From a virus (Duplodnaviria > Caudoviricetes), in the IMG/VR virus record IMGVR_UViG_3300044820_000014, positions 1 through 25,522 of that record: a stretch of 25,522 nucleotides of DNA; one strand, 5' to 3'. Numbering within the stretch: the stretch's first letter is position 1; every line of letters starts with the position of its first letter. The notes under the pieces were generated by a model. That model was not told the origin of the DNA. It worked only from the letters and a program-made list of their open reading frames with translations, and searched no databases. The translations under genes and the position numbers were made by a program. This document shows positions 24,762 to 25,522 of the stretch, piece after piece.

Positions 24762-25178
24762 CTAGGCAGCCGGAACCTTGGGGCGCGGCACCCAATCCAA
24801 GACAACATCGCCAGGCCCCAATGGGCGCGTCGAGCGCCACGAATTGTCGTTGACGACGATCTTGTCCCAGCCGTTTCCGCGCATGTTGCTGCGCAGGATT
24901 TCTTCCTTGGGGTCGTTCCTAGTTTCGACATCAGCAAGCGTTTCGACGCAGCCACCAAGGTGATAGAACGCACTCCGCGCCGATTCCTTGCTGTCAAGAT
25001 CATCGTCGCTGCGCGACCTAGTTGTGAACTGGAATCCGTATGGCGTGGCGCCGTATCGTTCGGTGATATCGTGCGCCATTTCGGCAGCCCTGTTCACGTC
25101 CCAAGAGCTGATCGGCTTCGTCGTCTGCTCGGCAACGAAGGTGCCGGGGCTATAGAACGTCACGAAATGCTTTTCCAT
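24762..25178 (-). CDS. Phage hypothetical protein (MEKHFVTFYSPGTFVAE...)
   Basis: 138 aa from ATG 25178, preceded by GGGAGAG. Confidence 0.8.
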   Translation of the reverse strand: MEKHFVTFYSPGTFVAEQTTKPISSWDVNRAAEMAHDITERYGATPYGFQFTTRSRSDDDLDSKESARSAFYHLGGCVETLADVETRNDPKEEILRSNMRGNGWDKIVVNDNSWRSTRPLGPGDVVLDWVPRPKVPAA

Positions 25179-25207
25179 CGTCACTCTCCCACGTTTCATT
25201 TTCAGAT

Positions 25208-25240
25208 CTAAACCGTAATCACTTGCCCATCCGCCAGTTC
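25208..25240 (-). repeat. Junction repeat copy 1 (reads ELADGQVITV*)
   Basis: GAA CTG GCG GAT GGG CAA GTG ATT ACG GTT TAG, the in-frame end of the 59-aa ORF. Confidence 0.75.
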
Positions 25241-25387
25241 CGGCCTCTCAGCCCAGAACGCTCGGAGTCGTTCTAATTGGTCTTCATTTATCATCCGGTT
25301 GGTTATGAAATGATAGATAGGTCCGGATGCTGATTCCCGGTCTGCGTCAGTATGACGGAAACGGAATTTGACGGGGTCTAACGGCAT
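25208..25387 (-). CDS. 59-aa hypothetical protein
   Basis: Manual translation: MPLDPVKFRF...AERPELADGQVITV; TAATG overlap with the upstream ORF. Confidence 0.45.
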   Translation of the reverse strand: MPLDPVKFRFRHTDADRESASGPIYHFITNRMINEDQLERLRAFWAERPELADGQVITV

Positions 25388-25521
25388 TATTCGTCTTGGG
25401 GCAAATCGCTGATCCTGAACACTAGAAAGCTCGCAAGAGTGTCGCAGTCCAGCACCCCATCGATGCCGACCCGCTTTCGCTCCGGATCCGCATTAAACGA
25501 ATACGGCGGCTGCGACTCCGG
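25387..25521 (-). CDS. 3' end of a hypothetical protein (partial)
   Basis: Open frame ...PESQPPYSFNADPERKRVGIDGVLDCDTLASFLVFRISDLPQDE* running off the window edge. Confidence 0.5.
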   Translation of the reverse strand, partial: PESQPPYSFNADPERKRVGIDGVLDCDTLASFLVFRISDLPQDE

Positions 25522-25522
25522 C

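Noticed and set aside
24716-25003. 95-aa alternative-frame ORF
   Set aside because: Overlaps the better-supported 24762..25178 gene; only its last ~13 codons (repeat copy 2) look meaningful.
24465-25240. Junction repeats read as a CRISPR array or integron attC sites
   Set aside because: Only ~60% identical, not palindromic, spacers are gene-sized and unequal, and no cas or integrase gene is in the window.

Overview
The window holds the late region of a siphovirus or prophage with an HK97-type head, entirely on the minus strand. An alphaproteobacterial (Rhizobiales-like) host is an inference from gene order and sequence style. In transcription order (right to left): small accessory genes separated by three degenerate 33-bp repeats; a candidate late promoter; a ~470-nt structured non-coding leader ending in a CCA-tailed tRNA-like element and tRNA-Gly(TCC); a chain of coupled micro-ORFs; then HNH, TerS, TerL, portal, prohead protease and major capsid protein. 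The head-completion region contains a SAM methyltransferase, a glycosyltransferase and three related Ser/Thr-rich decoration-like proteins. The tail module comprises neck, tube, frameshifted chaperone, tape measure, Dit, hub, a GNAT acetyltransferase, tail tip and a collagen-containing fibre. The most notable observations are the candidate virion-modification set (glycosyltransferase, methyltransferase, GNAT), the cassette-like accessory array whose repeats resemble the 3' end of a NusG-family gene, and the structured RNA cluster. All protein calls come from motif recognition and synteny; no searches were run.
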